Shown: positions 8,559 through 19,660, counted from the first letter of the stretch. The stretch is 64,000 nt of DNA from Patescibacteria group bacterium (GCA_041671225.1 JBAZBY010000001.1:622940-686939), one strand, 5' to 3'. Program-made: numbers and translations. The notes: generated by a model not told the origin, from the letters alone.

Positions 8559-9194
8559 ATGATATTTGATCTTCTCTTCCAAAATACCCCGCTCTTCTTT
8601 GCAATCGTCTTTGCGTTTGTTGTATCCATCTCTGTGCATGAATTTGCGCATGCATTGACCGCAACGCAGCTTGGCGACCCTACGGCAAAGAATATGGGGC
8701 GGCTGACACTCAATCCTCTTTCGCATATCGATCCCATGGGCATGCTTTTGGTGTTGTTCATTGGTTTTGGCTGGGGGCGTCCCGTGCCATTCAACCCGCT
8801 CAACCTCCGCAATCAGCAGTGGGGTCCAGCATTCATTTCTCTTGCAGGACCAATCACAAACATTGCCATGATGCTGCTTGCTGGTATTGCACTCCGGATA
8901 TTTGGCCCGTCGCTTGGCGCAGAGAATATGCTCGTGTATTTTCTTGTCTTTATGGTGCAACTGAACTTAATTCTTGCCATTTTCAACCTCATTCCTCTCC
9001 CGCCGCTTGATGGTTCCAAGGTGCTTTTTGGCTTTTTACCCAGCAGGTTTTCTCATATTCAAATGACCCTTGAGCGCACAGGTCCACTGGCGCTCTTCGG
9101 CCTCATTCTTGTTGATCGACTTTTACTTGGCGGCGTGATCTTCGGGGGCCTCTTTACCTGGGCTTTTGGCCTCATTGAGGGTCTTTTTCTCTAG
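8559..9194 (+). CDS. site-2 protease (peptidase M50) family membrane metalloprotease
   Basis: HEFAHA zinc motif in TM helix, multiple TM segments, LxxLxxxDG motif near C-terminus. Confidence 0.7.
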   Translation: MIFDLLFQNTPLFFAIVFAFVVSISVHEFAHALTATQLGDPTAKNMGRLTLNPLSHIDPMGMLLVLFIGFGWGRPVPFNPLNLRNQQWGPAFISLAGPITNIAMMLLAGIALRIFGPSLGAENMLVYFLVFMVQLNLILAIFNLIPLPPLDGSKVLFGFLPSRFSHIQMTLERTGPLALFGLILVDRLLLGGVIFGGLFTWAFGLIEGLFL

Positions 9195-9207
9195 GAAGTG
9201 CCCTAAG

Positions 9208-9236
9208 TTGACAGCAGAGAGACTGGGTGGTAGTAT
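9208..9236 (+). promoter_or_regulatory. candidate str-operon promoter TTGACA-N17-TAGTAT
   Basis: ttgaca 9208-9213, 17-nt spacer, tagtat 9231-9236, about 80 nt upstream of rpsL ATG. Confidence 0.45.
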
Positions 9237-9315
9237 CCCATCCGGTTTCTCAAGAGCGTGGCGCTCACGTTTTTTAGTCGCTAAAAAGACTTCGCAACTC
9301 GCGAAACGGCTTCAA

Positions 9316-9735
9316 ATGCCAACTATTTCACAGCTCGTCCGTAAAGGACGCACATCAACGAAGGCAAAGTCCGGTACTCCGGCACTGCAAACATCACTGA
9401 ACGCACTGAAGCGCAAACGTGTTGCGCTGAGCAAAGGATCCCCATTTAAACGCGGGGTCTGCGTCAAAGTGACCACTTCAACACCAAAGAAGCCGAACTC
9501 AGCTCTTCGGAAGATCGCTCGTGTTCGCCTTTCAAATGGGCAGGAAGTCACCGCGTATATCCCCGGTATGGGGCATAACCTTCAGGAACACTCCGTTGTG
9601 CTCGTTCGTGGCGGACGCGTGAAGGATCTTCCAGGCGTACGCTATACTGTGGTTCGTGGTGTGTATGATACGCAGGGCGTGGAAGGTCGTAAGCAGAGCC
9701 GTTCTCAATACGGCGCGAAGAAGCCAAAGGAATAA
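9316..9735 (+). CDS. rpsL: 30S ribosomal protein S12
   Basis: [12 protein letters not shown]... ; internal ATG of ORF 9166..9735 gives 139 aa. Confidence 0.92.
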   Translation: MPTISQLVRKGRTSTKAKSGTPALQTSLNALKRKRVALSKGSPFKRGVCVKVTTSTPKKPNSALRKIARVRLSNGQEVTAYIPGMGHNLQEHSVVLVRGGRVKDLPGVRYTVVRGVYDTQGVEGRKQSRSQYGAKKPKE

Positions 9736-9738
9736 CAC

Positions 9739-10203
9739 ATGCGCGGTAAACCAGCACCAAAACGGGTTACAACCCCGGACGCAAAATACCATAATGTAAC
9801 GGTTTCCAAGTTCATCAATAAGTTGATGTACGGGGGCAAGAAATCTGTTGCTGAAGGCGTTGTCTACGATGCCTTTGCATTGATCGAGAAGCGAACCAAG
9901 AAGGATCCTCTCGAGGTTTTTGAACAGGCTATTCAGATGATCTCACCATCTTTGGAAGTAAAGTCCCGCCGCGTTGGAGGCTCAAACTACCAGATTCCTA
10001 TTGAAGTGCGCGGTGATCGAAAGATCGCGCTTGCAATGCGCTGGATTCTTGAGGCTTCACGCAAGAAGAAGGGAAAAGCGATGTCAGAATGCCTCGCTGA
10101 GGAAATTGTTGCTGCAACTGAGAAACAAGGCGACGCTTGGAAGAAGCGCGAAGATGTCCACCGCATGGCAGACGCCAACCGAGCATTTGCTCATTTTGCT
10201 TAA
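9739..10203 (+). CDS. rpsG: 30S ribosomal protein S7
   Basis: 154 aa, typical S7 sequence ending ...RAFAHFA. Confidence 0.92.
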   Translation: MRGKPAPKRVTTPDAKYHNVTVSKFINKLMYGGKKSVAEGVVYDAFALIEKRTKKDPLEVFEQAIQMISPSLEVKSRRVGGSNYQIPIEVRGDRKIALAMRWILEASRKKKGKAMSECLAEEIVAATEKQGDAWKKREDVHRMADANRAFAHFA

Positions 10204-10208
10204 GACCA

Positions 10209-12305
10209 ATGGCAGAATCAACTGTAGCACGAGATTATCCATTAGACCGCGTCCGTAACATCGGAATCATCGCACATATTGATGCTGGGAAGACAACGGT
10301 CACCGAGCGAATTCTTTTTTATACCGGCAAAAAGCACAAGATCGGCGAAGTGCACGAAGGCAAAGCAGAAATGGACTGGATGGAACAGGAACGCGAACGC
10401 GGTATCACTATTACCTCTGCTGCAACAACGTGTTTTTGGAATAAGCACCGCATCAATATTATTGATACGCCGGGTCACATTGATTTTACGGTTGAAGTGC
10501 AGCGGAGTTTGCGCGTTTTGGATGGCGGCGTGGTGGTTTTTGATGGCGTTGCGGGCGTAGAGCCGCAGTCCGAGACGGTGTGGCATCAGGCAGACAAGTT
10601 CAATGTGCCGCGCATTTGTTTTATCAATAAGATGGATCGTACCGGCGCAGATTTTTACTTCGACCTTGATTCCATTGCAGAGCGCCTGACAAAAAAAGCG
10701 CACCCCCTACAATTACCCATTGGCGCTGCCGAGACATTCACTGGTTTGGTGGATCTTTTTGAACGTAAAGCGCGTATTTATAAAGACGAAGACGGAAAAG
10801 AATGGGAAGATGCAGACGTACCAGAGGACATGAAGGAAAAAGTTGAAGCGTACCGCGCAAAACTCGTTGAGGCGATTGTGGAACACGATGAAGCACTCAT
10901 GAGCGCTTATCTTGAAGGGAATGAACCTTCAATCCCAGATCTCAAAAAAACACTTCGCAAAGCAGTGATTGCAAATGAGCTTATCCCAGTTTTTTGCGGT
11001 TCTGCGCTAAAAAATAAAGGTGTGCAATTTTTGATGGATGCAGTCAATGATTATCTTCCAAGCCCTCTCGACGTGCCACCGGTTGCAGGTACGGATCCGG
11101 ATGATTTTGAAAAGAAGTTGACCCGCAAGACCAATGAAGATGAGCCGTTTACTGCATTAGCGTTCAAAATTGCAGCAGATCCTTTTGTTGGTAAGCTGGC
11201 GTTTTTCCGCGTATATGCAGGGACACTCCACGCAGGATCCTATGTGTATAACCCACGTACCCGTAAGAAGGAACGCATTGGTCGCATTGTTCGTTTGCAC
11301 GCAAACAGCCGCGAAGAAGTAGACGTTGTCTATGCCGGTGAAATTGCTGCCGCAGTGGGACTCAAAGAAACCGTGACCGGAGACACGATCTGTGACCCAG
11401 ACCATCCTATTCTCCTTGAATCGATTCAGTTTCCTGAGCCGGTTATTGCGGTTGCGATTGAGCCAAAGACGAAGCAAGACCAGGAAAAAATGGGCGTTGC
11501 ACTTTCGAAGCTTGTTGAAGAAGATCCAACCTTCCGCGTGAAGGCGGATTCAGAAACAGGTGAGACGGTCATCTCTGGTATGGGCGAACTTCATCTTGAT
11601 ATCATTGTGGATCGCATGAAGCGCGAATATAAAGTGGAAGCAAATGTTGGTAAACCACAAGTGGCATATCGTGAAACAATTCGTAAGGAGGCAGAAGCAC
11701 AAGGCAAGTACATCAAACAGAGCGGTGGTCGTGGTCAGTATGGCGACTGTCATATCCGCGTTGAGCCATTGCCAACGGGTGGAGGATTTGAATTTGTTGA
11801 TGCTGTGAAGGGTGGCGTTATTCCTCAGGAGTACATCCCAGCAGTGCGCAAAGGTATTGAAGAATCACTCGATAATGGCGTCGTTGCCGGGTATCGGATG
11901 ATTGATGTGAAGGCAACGCTCTACGATGGTTCGTACCATGACGTGGACTCTTCTGAAGCCGCATTTAAGATCGCTGGTTCCATGGCATTTAAGGAAGCAT
12001 CGCGGCGCGCAAAACCGATACTGCTTGAACCAATCATGGCAGTGGAAGTGATCACCCCGGAACAGTATATGGGTGATGTGATAGGCGATATCAACTCCAA
12101 GCGCGGTCAGGTTGAAGAAATGCGTGACCGTGGCGCTGGTAAGGTGATCGATGCAAAGGTGCCGCTTGCTGAACTCTTTGGATACGCAACGCAGCTTCGT
12201 TCTATGACGCAAGGCCGCGCATCATATTCCATGGAATTCCATGAATATCAGGAAGTGCCGGGAAATGTGGCCAAGGAGATTGCCGGCGATACCACAAAGG
12301 CGTAA
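10209..12305 (+). CDS. fusA: elongation factor G
   Basis: [30 protein letters not shown]...; 698 aa from internal ATG of ORF 10137..12305. Confidence 0.93.
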   Translation: MAESTVARDYPLDRVRNIGIIAHIDAGKTTVTERILFYTGKKHKIGEVHEGKAEMDWMEQERERGITITSAATTCFWNKHRINIIDTPGHIDFTVEVQRSLRVLDGGVVVFDGVAGVEPQSETVWHQADKFNVPRICFINKMDRTGADFYFDLDSIAERLTKKAHPLQLPIGAAETFTGLVDLFERKARIYKDEDGKEWEDADVPEDMKEKVEAYRAKLVEAIVEHDEALMSAYLEGNEPSIPDLKKTLRKAVIANELIPVFCGSALKNKGVQFLMDAVNDYLPSPLDVPPVAGTDPDDFEKKLTRKTNEDEPFTALAFKIAADPFVGKLAFFRVYAGTLHAGSYVYNPRTRKKERIGRIVRLHANSREEVDVVYAGEIAAAVGLKETVTGDTICDPDHPILLESIQFPEPVIAVAIEPKTKQDQEKMGVALSKLVEEDPTFRVKADSETGETVISGMGELHLDIIVDRMKREYKVEANVGKPQVAYRETIRKEAEAQGKYIKQSGGRGQYGDCHIRVEPLPTGGGFEFVDAVKGGVIPQEYIPAVRKGIEESLDNGVVAGYRMIDVKATLYDGSYHDVDSSEAAFKIAGSMAFKEASRRAKPILLEPIMAVEVITPEQYMGDVIGDINSKRGQVEEMRDRGAGKVIDAKVPLAELFGYATQLRSMTQGRASYSMEFHEYQEVPGNVAKEIAGDTTKA

Positions 12306-12314
12306 ACTACCTGC

Positions 12315-13664
12315 ATGGAAGCTCAGGGGAAGGACAACGCACAACAAGGAAGGATTTCTGTCTGGACGATTTCAACCATCGTACTTTTTGTGTTGTTGAT
12401 CGCCGGCCTACTGTATTGGGCGAGCATCACGCGAAAATCTTTGGCGCCTGCATTTAGCCGTAACGATATTGCTTTTACAGAACAAGACGCACTACCCGCG
12501 ACCATTGTTGATGATCAAAGCTTTTTGGGAGAAGATCCACGCTTGGTCTTTGCTGAGCGCACAGTTATTGGCTTTGATGCACAGGGAAATGGTCGTTATC
12601 ATACACGCCTTTTTCAATCTGATCGCTCCGGCGAACGCCTCTTTTCGTTTTATGAAACAGAGGATATTACTTTTGAGCAGCTCTCTCCGTACACCGATCA
12701 GTATCTTGTGATTCATTCCGCGTTGCTTGGTACGGATCCACAAGTAATCAACTATTCTGGAGAGCCCGCCGAGGATATTTTTGTTCCAGAGAGTATTGGT
12801 AATCTTTTTTCCGAGATCTTCTCTGCTGATGGGAATAAGCTTGCCTATATTGATTTTGGTGATGCGAATTATGGTACCGATGAATTGGAAGTGATTACTG
12901 AAACGAGTATTGTTGTTCGTGATAGTGCTACTGGTGAAGAAATAAGCGTACCAACGAGCATCTTCACGCATGGGGATATTCAGTACGCGCGTTTCTTCCT
13001 TCGAGCATTTTCTGATGACAATGCAATTCTCTACCTCTCAGCAGTCTGGCCTGGGCAGGAATTTGGCGATCCGGAATCACTTTTTGCCGTTGATTGGGCA
13101 GCGGGTACCGCGCAAGAACTTGTTTATTCCTCGCTCGAAGACCTTGGCGCAGAACAAGTATTAGAGCTCGTCGGTGTTTATCCAGAACATGGATTTGCGC
13201 TTTTTAATCGTGGCCCGCTCATTCCAGAGAGTGATGGAGGCCTCATTGACCGCGTCCGCTTGGAACGTTTTGATTTGGCGACTCAGGAAATGACCACGGT
13301 GTATGAAGAGGGTAGTGGCAGTATTTCAAATCTCATTCAAGACCCGCTTTCTCCGGATGGAACCCGTATTGTTGTAGAAAATGACCAAATTTCCGGAGGT
13401 TTTACCGTTGTGGACATTTTGACGAATGAGGTTTTACCCGTCGCTGAGAAGGGGGTATTTATGGGTTGGGCAGGAGATCGTAATCACCTCGTCTATGAGA
13501 TCCGCATGGATGATCCAAATGAAGGGAAGCCTTTTATTACACTGAAATCCGTCGATTTATCAAGCGGGAGTATTTTTGAAGTGTATCGCCAAACAGTTCT
13601 TCAAGAAGGCACTGGCCTGAACAAGGAAGGTGATATTCTCTACAGCTATATTACTACGAACTAA
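12315..13664 (+). CDS. membrane-anchored hypothetical protein with PD40/TolB-like beta-propeller repeats, inserted between fusA and tuf
   Basis: N-terminal TM helix (ISTIVLFVLLIAGLLYW); repeated S(A/P)DG(N/T)(K/R)(L/I) motifs (SADGNKLAYI, SPDGTRIVV). Confidence 0.55.
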   Translation: MEAQGKDNAQQGRISVWTISTIVLFVLLIAGLLYWASITRKSLAPAFSRNDIAFTEQDALPATIVDDQSFLGEDPRLVFAERTVIGFDAQGNGRYHTRLFQSDRSGERLFSFYETEDITFEQLSPYTDQYLVIHSALLGTDPQVINYSGEPAEDIFVPESIGNLFSEIFSADGNKLAYIDFGDANYGTDELEVITETSIVVRDSATGEEISVPTSIFTHGDIQYARFFLRAFSDDNAILYLSAVWPGQEFGDPESLFAVDWAAGTAQELVYSSLEDLGAEQVLELVGVYPEHGFALFNRGPLIPESDGGLIDRVRLERFDLATQEMTTVYEEGSGSISNLIQDPLSPDGTRIVVENDQISGGFTVVDILTNEVLPVAEKGVFMGWAGDRNHLVYEIRMDDPNEGKPFITLKSVDLSSGSIFEVYRQTVLQEGTGLNKEGDILYSYITTN

Positions 13665-13729
13665 TTTGGCTAATATTAGCTAGAAGTTTGGTTTTAAGCG
13701 CTGTACACAAAGAAAAGAGGTATGAGCCC

Positions 13730-13758
13730 TTGCAATAGCACAGCCTCCCTGCTATACT
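13730..13758 (+). promoter_or_regulatory. candidate tuf promoter TTGCAA-N17-TATACT
   Basis: ttgcaa 13730-13735, 17-nt spacer, tatact 13753-13758; about 115-nt leader. Confidence 0.45.
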
Positions 13759-13877
13759 GGGCACTGCCTCAATTTTCGAAAATGTCGGAAAATCGGGGCT
13801 AAATCAATTATCAATACACACTGACACTGCATTCTGCAGCGTACGTGAAGTAATAAGCGTAAGTATTCACCAACGTT

Positions 13878-15059
13878 ATGGCAAAGTACGAACGAAATAA
13901 GCCGCATGTGAACGTCGGAACCATTGGTCACGTTGACCACGGTAAGACAACGCTCACCGCTGCAATTCTCAAAACCCTTGGCGACAAGGGCTTTATCGCG
14001 CAGTCAAAGGGAGTGGATGAAATTGACGCGGCTCCAGAAGAAAAGGAGCGCGGAATTACCATTGCTACTGCTCACGTCGAATATGAAACAGCAGCGCGTC
14101 ATTATGCGCACGTTGACTGTCCTGGACACGCAGACTATGTGAAGAACATGATCACCGGTGCTGCACAGATGGACGGTGCAATTCTCGTCGTATCCGCTGC
14201 TGACGGCCCAATGCCGCAGACACGTGAACACATTCTTCTGGCGTACCAAGTCGGTGTGCCTTCTATTGTGGTTTTCCTGAATAAGGTTGACCAAGTAGAT
14301 GACCAAGAACTCATTGATCTTGTTGAAGTTGAAGTTCGTGATCTTCTGAAGAAGTATCACTACGATGGCGACAATGTGCCGGTTATTCGTGGTTCTGCTC
14401 TTAAAGCACTTGAAGGCGATGCGGCAAACCAGGATAAGGTTATGGAACTCATGAAGGCATTGGATGAGAGCATTCCACAGCCAGAGCGTCCCGTTGACCA
14501 GCCCTTCCTTATGCCGATTGAAGATATTTTCTCCATTGAAGGTCGCGGTACTGTTGTCACTGGCCGTATTGAACGCGGTGTTATTAAAATCAACGAGGAA
14601 GTTGAAATTGTGGGTCTTCACGACACCACCAAGACCGTTGTTACTGGTATTGAAATGTTCAATAAAGAACTTGATCAAGGTCAGGCTGGCGATAATGCTG
14701 GTGTACTGATTCGCGGCACAAAGAAGGAAGATGTTGAACGCGGTCAGGTACTTGCAAAGCCAGGTACGATCACTCCACACACTGAATTTGACGCAGAAGT
14801 GTATGTGCTTACCAAAGAAGAAGGTGGACGACACACCCCATTCTTTAAAGGGTACAAACCACAGTTCTATATTCGTACCACAGATGTTACGGGTGAGGTA
14901 GAACTTCAAGAAGGTACAGAAATGGTTATGCCAGGTGATACCACTAATGTGAAGATCAAGCTCGTTGCACCGATTGCACTTGAAGAGAAGCAGCGCTTCG
15001 CTATCCGCGAAGGCGGGCACACTGTTGGCGCTGGTGTTGTGACCAAGATCACTAAATAA
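13878..15059 (+). CDS. tuf: elongation factor Tu
   Basis: [30 protein letters not shown]...; 393 aa. Confidence 0.95.
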   Translation: MAKYERNKPHVNVGTIGHVDHGKTTLTAAILKTLGDKGFIAQSKGVDEIDAAPEEKERGITIATAHVEYETAARHYAHVDCPGHADYVKNMITGAAQMDGAILVVSAADGPMPQTREHILLAYQVGVPSIVVFLNKVDQVDDQELIDLVEVEVRDLLKKYHYDGDNVPVIRGSALKALEGDAANQDKVMELMKALDESIPQPERPVDQPFLMPIEDIFSIEGRGTVVTGRIERGVIKINEEVEIVGLHDTTKTVVTGIEMFNKELDQGQAGDNAGVLIRGTKKEDVERGQVLAKPGTITPHTEFDAEVYVLTKEEGGRHTPFFKGYKPQFYIRTTDVTGEVELQEGTEMVMPGDTTNVKIKLVAPIALEEKQRFAIREGGHTVGAGVVTKITK

Positions 15060-15086
15060 GTACATCATTCCGAATTCTCGCTCCTT

Positions 15087-15452
15087 ATGACCACAACCGC
15101 AAAGAAATCCGGCAGTACATCAGGCAAGTCTGATAAACCGGAAGTACCACAACAGCGAGTTCGGATTCGCATTCGCGCATACGACCATAAAATAATCGAT
15201 CAGTCGACAAAGACGATCGTTGAGACAGTTGAGCGGACTGGGGCACAAATCAAAGGACCAGTGCCCCTTCCGACGGAGAAGAAGAAGTACACGGTGATTC
15301 GCTCCGCATTTGTTCACAAGAATTCTCGTGAGCAATATGAGATGCGAATTCACAAGCGACTTATCGATATTCTCGAGCCAACTGCCAAGACCGTTGACGC
15401 CCTCACCAATTTGAACCTTCCCTCGGGCGTGGACGTCGAAATTAAAATGTAA
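15087..15452 (+). CDS. rpsJ: 30S ribosomal protein S10 with ~20-aa N-terminal extension
   Basis: [38 protein letters not shown]... matches S10. Confidence 0.9.
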   Translation: MTTTAKKSGSTSGKSDKPEVPQQRVRIRIRAYDHKIIDQSTKTIVETVERTGAQIKGPVPLPTEKKKYTVIRSAFVHKNSREQYEMRIHKRLIDILEPTAKTVDALTNLNLPSGVDVEIKM

Positions 15453-15559
15453 CAATTCTGTCGAATAGGTTCCTGGGATGATAGTACGAGTATCTGTAAC
15501 GAGTTAATCCCAAGATAACGATTCGCCTCATGAACACTGCGGCACTTCGCCGTATGCGA

Positions 15560-15582
15560 CTGGGCGGGTCCCCAGTTTTTTT
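15560..15582 (+). terminator. terminator/attenuator-like hairpin + T7 run between rpsJ and rplC
   Basis: ctggg-cgggtc-cccag followed by ttttttt, ending 6 nt before the rplC ATG. Confidence 0.5.
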
Positions 15583-15588
15583 GAAGAT

Positions 15589-16194
15589 ATGAAATTTCTT
15601 CTCGGTAAAAAAAAGGAGATGACACGCATTTTTGAAGACGACGGAACGGTCGTCCCTGTTACTGTTGTTACCGCAGGTCCGTGTACCGTAACGCTGGTGA
15701 GAACGCTGGAAAAAGATGGCGTGAACGCCGTACAGATTGGTTTTGGCGTTAAAAAGAAACTCGGCAAGCAGCAGGCAGGGCATTTGAAGAACCTTCCCCA
15801 GCATCCGACGCTGCAGGAATTTCATATTGAAAAGCCAGAAGACTTTGAGCGCGGCAAAACCTTGGATGTAACACAGTTTGAGAAGGGTGATGCCGTGAAG
15901 GTGATTGGAACGAGCAAGGGTCGTGGATTTGCAGGTGTGGTAAGGCGGCATGGTTTTAAAGGAACACGGGCAACGCACGGTAATAAAGATCAGCTGCGTA
16001 TGCCTGGTTCTATCGGTGCAACAGATCCTGCGCGCGTATTCAAAGGGACGCGCATGGGCGGCCGCATGGGTGGCGAGCAGGTGACGCAACCGCATCTTCG
16101 TATTGTCGGTGTGAACCCGGAAAAGCATGAGCTTCTTATTTCTGGTGCTGTTCCGGGTGCACGCAACAGCCTTCTCACCATTGTCAGCGAATAG
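15589..16194 (+). CDS. rplC: 50S ribosomal protein L3
   Basis: 201 aa; typical L3 sequence. Confidence 0.92.
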   Translation: MKFLLGKKKEMTRIFEDDGTVVPVTVVTAGPCTVTLVRTLEKDGVNAVQIGFGVKKKLGKQQAGHLKNLPQHPTLQEFHIEKPEDFERGKTLDVTQFEKGDAVKVIGTSKGRGFAGVVRRHGFKGTRATHGNKDQLRMPGSIGATDPARVFKGTRMGGRMGGEQVTQPHLRIVGVNPEKHELLISGAVPGARNSLLTIVSE

Positions 16195-16195
16195 T

Positions 16196-16825
16196 ATGAA
16201 GGCACCACTTTTTAACATGCAAGGAGAAAAGACCGGCGAGACAGAGCTTGATGCGGCGGTGTTTGAGGTTGTGGTTATACCAGAACTTGTGCAGCAGGCG
16301 ATTGAGACGCAGAATGCAAATCGTCGCGTTGTTCATGCGCATACCAAACTTCGTTCAGAAGTTTCTGGTGGTGGCAAGAAGCCATGGCGCCAAAAGGGCA
16401 CTGGTCGCGCTCGGCATGGTTCCTCCCGATCTCCTCTTTGGGCCGGCGGCGGTGTGACATTTGGACCGCGCAATGATTACAATCCATCAAAGAAAATCAA
16501 TATCAAAGCGCGCCGCAAGGCATTACTTGGCGTGCTCAGTGAAAAAGCAAAGAATGGCTCTGTTGTGGTGATAGAAAAGCTTGCAATGGAAACATCAAAG
16601 ACAAAGGATCTCACAAGTCTTATCGCAAAACTTCCGGGTAAAGCCCCAACACTTGTGATTATGCCAGCGGCGTCGCGTCGCATTGCACTTGCTGCGCGTA
16701 ATGTGCAAAAACTTGAGACAATACTTGCAAACTCCCTGAATGTTCGCGATGTGCTGAAGGCACAGCGCCTCGTGATTGCTCAGGAGAGTCTTCAGAAGAT
16801 CCGCGATACCTACGCTAAGGCTTAA
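16196..16825 (+). CDS. rplD: 50S ribosomal protein L4
   Basis: internal ATG of ORF 16127..16825; MKAPLFNMQGEKTGE... Confidence 0.9.
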   Translation: MKAPLFNMQGEKTGETELDAAVFEVVVIPELVQQAIETQNANRRVVHAHTKLRSEVSGGGKKPWRQKGTGRARHGSSRSPLWAGGGVTFGPRNDYNPSKKINIKARRKALLGVLSEKAKNGSVVVIEKLAMETSKTKDLTSLIAKLPGKAPTLVIMPAASRRIALAARNVQKLETILANSLNVRDVLKAQRLVIAQESLQKIRDTYAKA

Positions 16826-16829
16826 TACT

Positions 16830-17348
16830 ATGGGTATCTTTGAACGATTTCGCTCTCAGAAGGGCAAGCAAGAAAAACGCAAACATCTGACCGACCAGAA
16901 GCATGTGGCAGACGATGCAAAAAAGCAAACATTTAAGAATGTTCCTTCTGCTGGCAGTGAAAAGAATACAAAAGAAGAAAAACCTGCGAAGGATGCGGAG
17001 AAGAGCAGTGAGAAGTCCCGCGGAGCGGGATCCGGCTCTGCCGGAAAAAAAGTCGTGCGTATCACCGGTTCCGCGTATCGCGTTCTCATGAAGCCACTGG
17101 TAACGGAAAAAAGTAATGACCTTTCGTCCCGTGGGCAATATCTGTTTGCGGTTCATACAGAGGCAAACAAGCTAGAAATTGCAGCAGCGGTTGAAAAGGT
17201 GTATGGTGTGCGACCACGTCGTGTACATGTACAACGCATGCGCGGCAAACAGGTTCGTTACGGTCGCAGCAGCGGCGTTACTTCTCAGTGGAAGAAGGCA
17301 ATTGTAACCCTGCCAGAAGGTAAAAGTATTGATGTTTTTGAAGGGTAA
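16830..17348 (+). CDS. rplW: 50S ribosomal protein L23 with ~75-aa Lys/Glu-rich N-terminal extension
   Basis: L23 core AYRVLMKPLVTEKS...YLFAVHTEANKLEIAAAVEKVYGV preceded by a K/E-rich low-complexity region. Confidence 0.85.
   Translation: MGIFERFRSQKGKQEKRKHLTDQKHVADDAKKQTFKNVPSAGSEKNTKEEKPAKDAEKSSEKSRGAGSGSAGKKVVRITGSAYRVLMKPLVTEKSNDLSSRGQYLFAVHTEANKLEIAAAVEKVYGVRPRRVHVQRMRGKQVRYGRSSGVTSQWKKAIVTLPEGKSIDVFEG
17028..17051 (+). repeat. palindromic hairpin + A-run element ggatCCGGCtctGCCGGaaaaaaa (copy 1 of 3), in frame in rplW (encodes GSGSAGKK)
   Basis: 13-bp core ccggctctgccgg identical at 38538 and 39176. Confidence 0.6.
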
Positions 17349-17350
17349 AT

Positions 17351-18190
17351 ATGGGATTTGTTAAGCAATACAAGGCAACCACTCCGGGACGACGCTTTGC
17401 AAGCGTGCTGAAAACAGGCACAACAAAGAAGGGTCCAGAGAAAAAACTCATCTCACCATTGAAGAGGAATGCTGGCCGTGGCAGTTCTGGAAAAATTTCC
17501 GTCCGACATCGTGGCGGAGGCGCAAAGCGTATGTACCGCACTGTGGACTTTAAACAGATGCGTTATGATGAAAAAGCAACAGTACTCGCGATTGAATATG
17601 ATCCAAATCGCACTGCAAATATCGCTCTCATTCAGTATGAAGATGGAACAAAATCATATATTTTAGCACCAGAAGGATTGGAACAGGGAGCAACGGTCGT
17701 GAGTTCTCAGAAGCAAATCGCAATCATCGCAGGCAATCGCACCACATTAGAGAATATTCCAGCAGGATTGTTTGTCATGAATATTGAGCTGAAGCCGGGT
17801 CAGGGTGGCATTCTCGCACGCTCCGCAGGTACGCAGGTCCAACTCATGGTGATTGAGGGTAAGCATGCACATTTGAAGATGCCGTCCGGAGAAATGCGGA
17901 TGGTGCCAAAAGAAGCAATGGCGACCATCGGGCAGGTTTCGAATATCGCACATAATAGGGTTCGTCTTGGAAAAGCCGGACGTATGCGACACTTAGGATT
18001 CCGCCCGACGGTTCGCGGTAAGGCAATGAACCCAGTGGATCACCCACATGGTGGCGGTGAAGGTAATACGCCTATTGGACTCAAATATCCAAAGACTCCA
18101 TGGGGAAAGCATGCACTTGGTGTCAAAACACGTCGCAAGCATAAGAAATCTGAAGCGCTGATTCTCCAGCGCCGCAAACGAAGGAAGTAA
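17351..18190 (+). CDS. rplB: 50S ribosomal protein L2
   Basis: 279 aa typical L2. Confidence 0.93.
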   Translation: MGFVKQYKATTPGRRFASVLKTGTTKKGPEKKLISPLKRNAGRGSSGKISVRHRGGGAKRMYRTVDFKQMRYDEKATVLAIEYDPNRTANIALIQYEDGTKSYILAPEGLEQGATVVSSQKQIAIIAGNRTTLENIPAGLFVMNIELKPGQGGILARSAGTQVQLMVIEGKHAHLKMPSGEMRMVPKEAMATIGQVSNIAHNRVRLGKAGRMRHLGFRPTVRGKAMNPVDHPHGGGEGNTPIGLKYPKTPWGKHALGVKTRRKHKKSEALILQRRKRRK

Positions 18191-18191
18191 T

Positions 18192-18509
18192 ATGTCACGC
18201 TCACTTAAAAAAGGTCCATTTACTGATGAAAAACTTCTCAAGAAGGTCATGAACGCAAAGAAGGGCGAAGTTATTAAGACATGGTCACGCTCAAGCGTTA
18301 TTACTCCAGAAATGGTTGGCCACACTTTTGGTGTTCATAATGGGAAAGATCACATTCAGGTTTTTGTTGTTGAAAATATGGTTGGGTATAAACTTGGTGA
18401 ATTTTCCCTCACGCGAAAGTTTGTGCGCCATGGTGGTAAGATCCAGAAAGAAGCAGAGCAGGCAGCAGCGCGCATTGCAGAAGATGCCTCAAAGAAGGAA
18501 ACAAAATAA
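18192..18509 (+). CDS. rpsS: 30S ribosomal protein S19
   Basis: [19 protein letters not shown]... Confidence 0.92.
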   Translation: MSRSLKKGPFTDEKLLKKVMNAKKGEVIKTWSRSSVITPEMVGHTFGVHNGKDHIQVFVVENMVGYKLGEFSLTRKFVRHGGKIQKEAEQAAARIAEDASKKETK

Positions 18510-18512
18510 TCT

Positions 18513-18941
18513 ATGGATGTTCAGGCAACACATAAGTTTCTCCGCATGTCGCCCCGCAAGGTTCGCCTTGTTGCGGCCAGCGTGAAAGGTCTTTCTGCGC
18601 GACACGCAGGGGAGCAGCTTGCGCATAGCCAAAAGGCCGCAGGGGAACCATTACTGAGAGTACTAAAATCAGCTATTGCAAATGCAAAGCAAAATCATCA
18701 GATTGAAGAAGAGGCGCTGACAGTCAAAAATTTTCTTATTACTGCGGGCCCAGTCCTCAAACGCTTTCAACCTCGCGCATATGGCCGCGCATCCGCAATC
18801 CATAAACGCACTTCTCATGTCACTGTCATTCTTAATGCACCAGAGAAGCCAAAGATAGCAACAAAATCAGAAAAGCCTGCGAAGGAAGCAAAGAAAGAAA
18901 CGGCAAAAGAGAACAAGAAGCTTGAAGCAACCAAGAAATAA
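18513..18941 (+). CDS. rplV: 50S ribosomal protein L22 with Lys-rich C-terminal extension
   Basis: L22 core plus K-rich tail ...KPAKEAKKETAKENKKLEATKK. Confidence 0.9.
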   Translation: MDVQATHKFLRMSPRKVRLVAASVKGLSARHAGEQLAHSQKAAGEPLLRVLKSAIANAKQNHQIEEEALTVKNFLITAGPVLKRFQPRAYGRASAIHKRTSHVTVILNAPEKPKIATKSEKPAKEAKKETAKENKKLEATKK

Positions 18942-18943
18942 TT

Positions 18944-19657
18944 ATGGGACGAAAAGTACATCCAAAAGTTTTCCGCATTGGCGTGAATACCACCTGGAAT
19001 TCACGATGGTATGCCGATAGCAGGCATTTTGCGAAATATCTTGAGCAGGACACAAAGATGCGCAAATTTCTTATGACGAAATTGAAGGGCGCAAGCGTTG
19101 CCAATATTCGCATTGAACGCTCAACAGACGCGGTAACCGTTACTATCTTTACTCCAAAGCCGGGGATTGTGATTGGACGTGGCGGGCAAGGCGTTGAGGA
19201 TCTCAAGAAGAAACTCAAAATGATACTTATGACTGCCGGTCGCAAAACAACCCTGAAGCTCAATATTCAGGAAGTGGACAAGCCGGATATCAACGCTCAA
19301 GTTGTGATGCATAATATTATTGAGCAATTAGAAAAACGTCTTCCTTTCCGTCGCGCCATGAAGCAAGCCGTAGAATCTGTTATGAAAGCAGGTGCCGAAG
19401 GCGTTAAAGTTGAAATCGCAGGACGTTTAAACGGTGCAGAAATTGCTCGTTCAGAGCATCAATCACAGGGGCGACTTCCCCTTCAGACACTACGCGCAAA
19501 TATGCAGTATGCCCGTGGCGTTGCCCGTACAACATATGGTGGGATTGGCGTGAAGGTATGGGTATACACAGGAGAACTTTTTGAAAATGAGCAAGAAGAA
19601 GCCGCAGAGGAATCGAGCGGTTCATCAGCTCCACGTAGCAGAGGTACTAAGCGCTAG
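18944..19657 (+). CDS. rpsC: 30S ribosomal protein S3
   Basis: 237 aa, KH + S3 C-terminal domain; acidic/Ser tail. Confidence 0.92.
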   Translation: MGRKVHPKVFRIGVNTTWNSRWYADSRHFAKYLEQDTKMRKFLMTKLKGASVANIRIERSTDAVTVTIFTPKPGIVIGRGGQGVEDLKKKLKMILMTAGRKTTLKLNIQEVDKPDINAQVVMHNIIEQLEKRLPFRRAMKQAVESVMKAGAEGVKVEIAGRLNGAEIARSEHQSQGRLPLQTLRANMQYARGVARTTYGGIGVKVWVYTGELFENEQEEAAEESSGSSAPRSRGTKR

Positions 19658-19660
19658 TAT

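Noticed and set aside
8454-8960. 168-aa minus-strand ORF
   Set aside because: It overlaps the M50 protease gene (HEFAHA motif, TM helices) on the plus strand and has no features of its own.
10137-10208. Annotated N-terminal 24 codons of the fusA ORF, and similar 5' overextensions for rpsL, rplD, rplN, rpsH, rplR, rplU, UPF0182, the DEAD-box helicase and corA
   Set aside because: These upstream in-frame stretches overlap the preceding gene or lack an RBS. Starts were moved to the internal Met that matches conserved protein N-termini.
14004-15068. 354-aa minus-strand ORF antisense to tuf, and similar long antisense ORFs (15442..16218, 22985..23710, 38520..39221)
   Set aside because: They lie fully inside well-supported ribosomal or EF genes on the opposite strand and have low-complexity, Cys/Phe-rich translations, so they are spurious.
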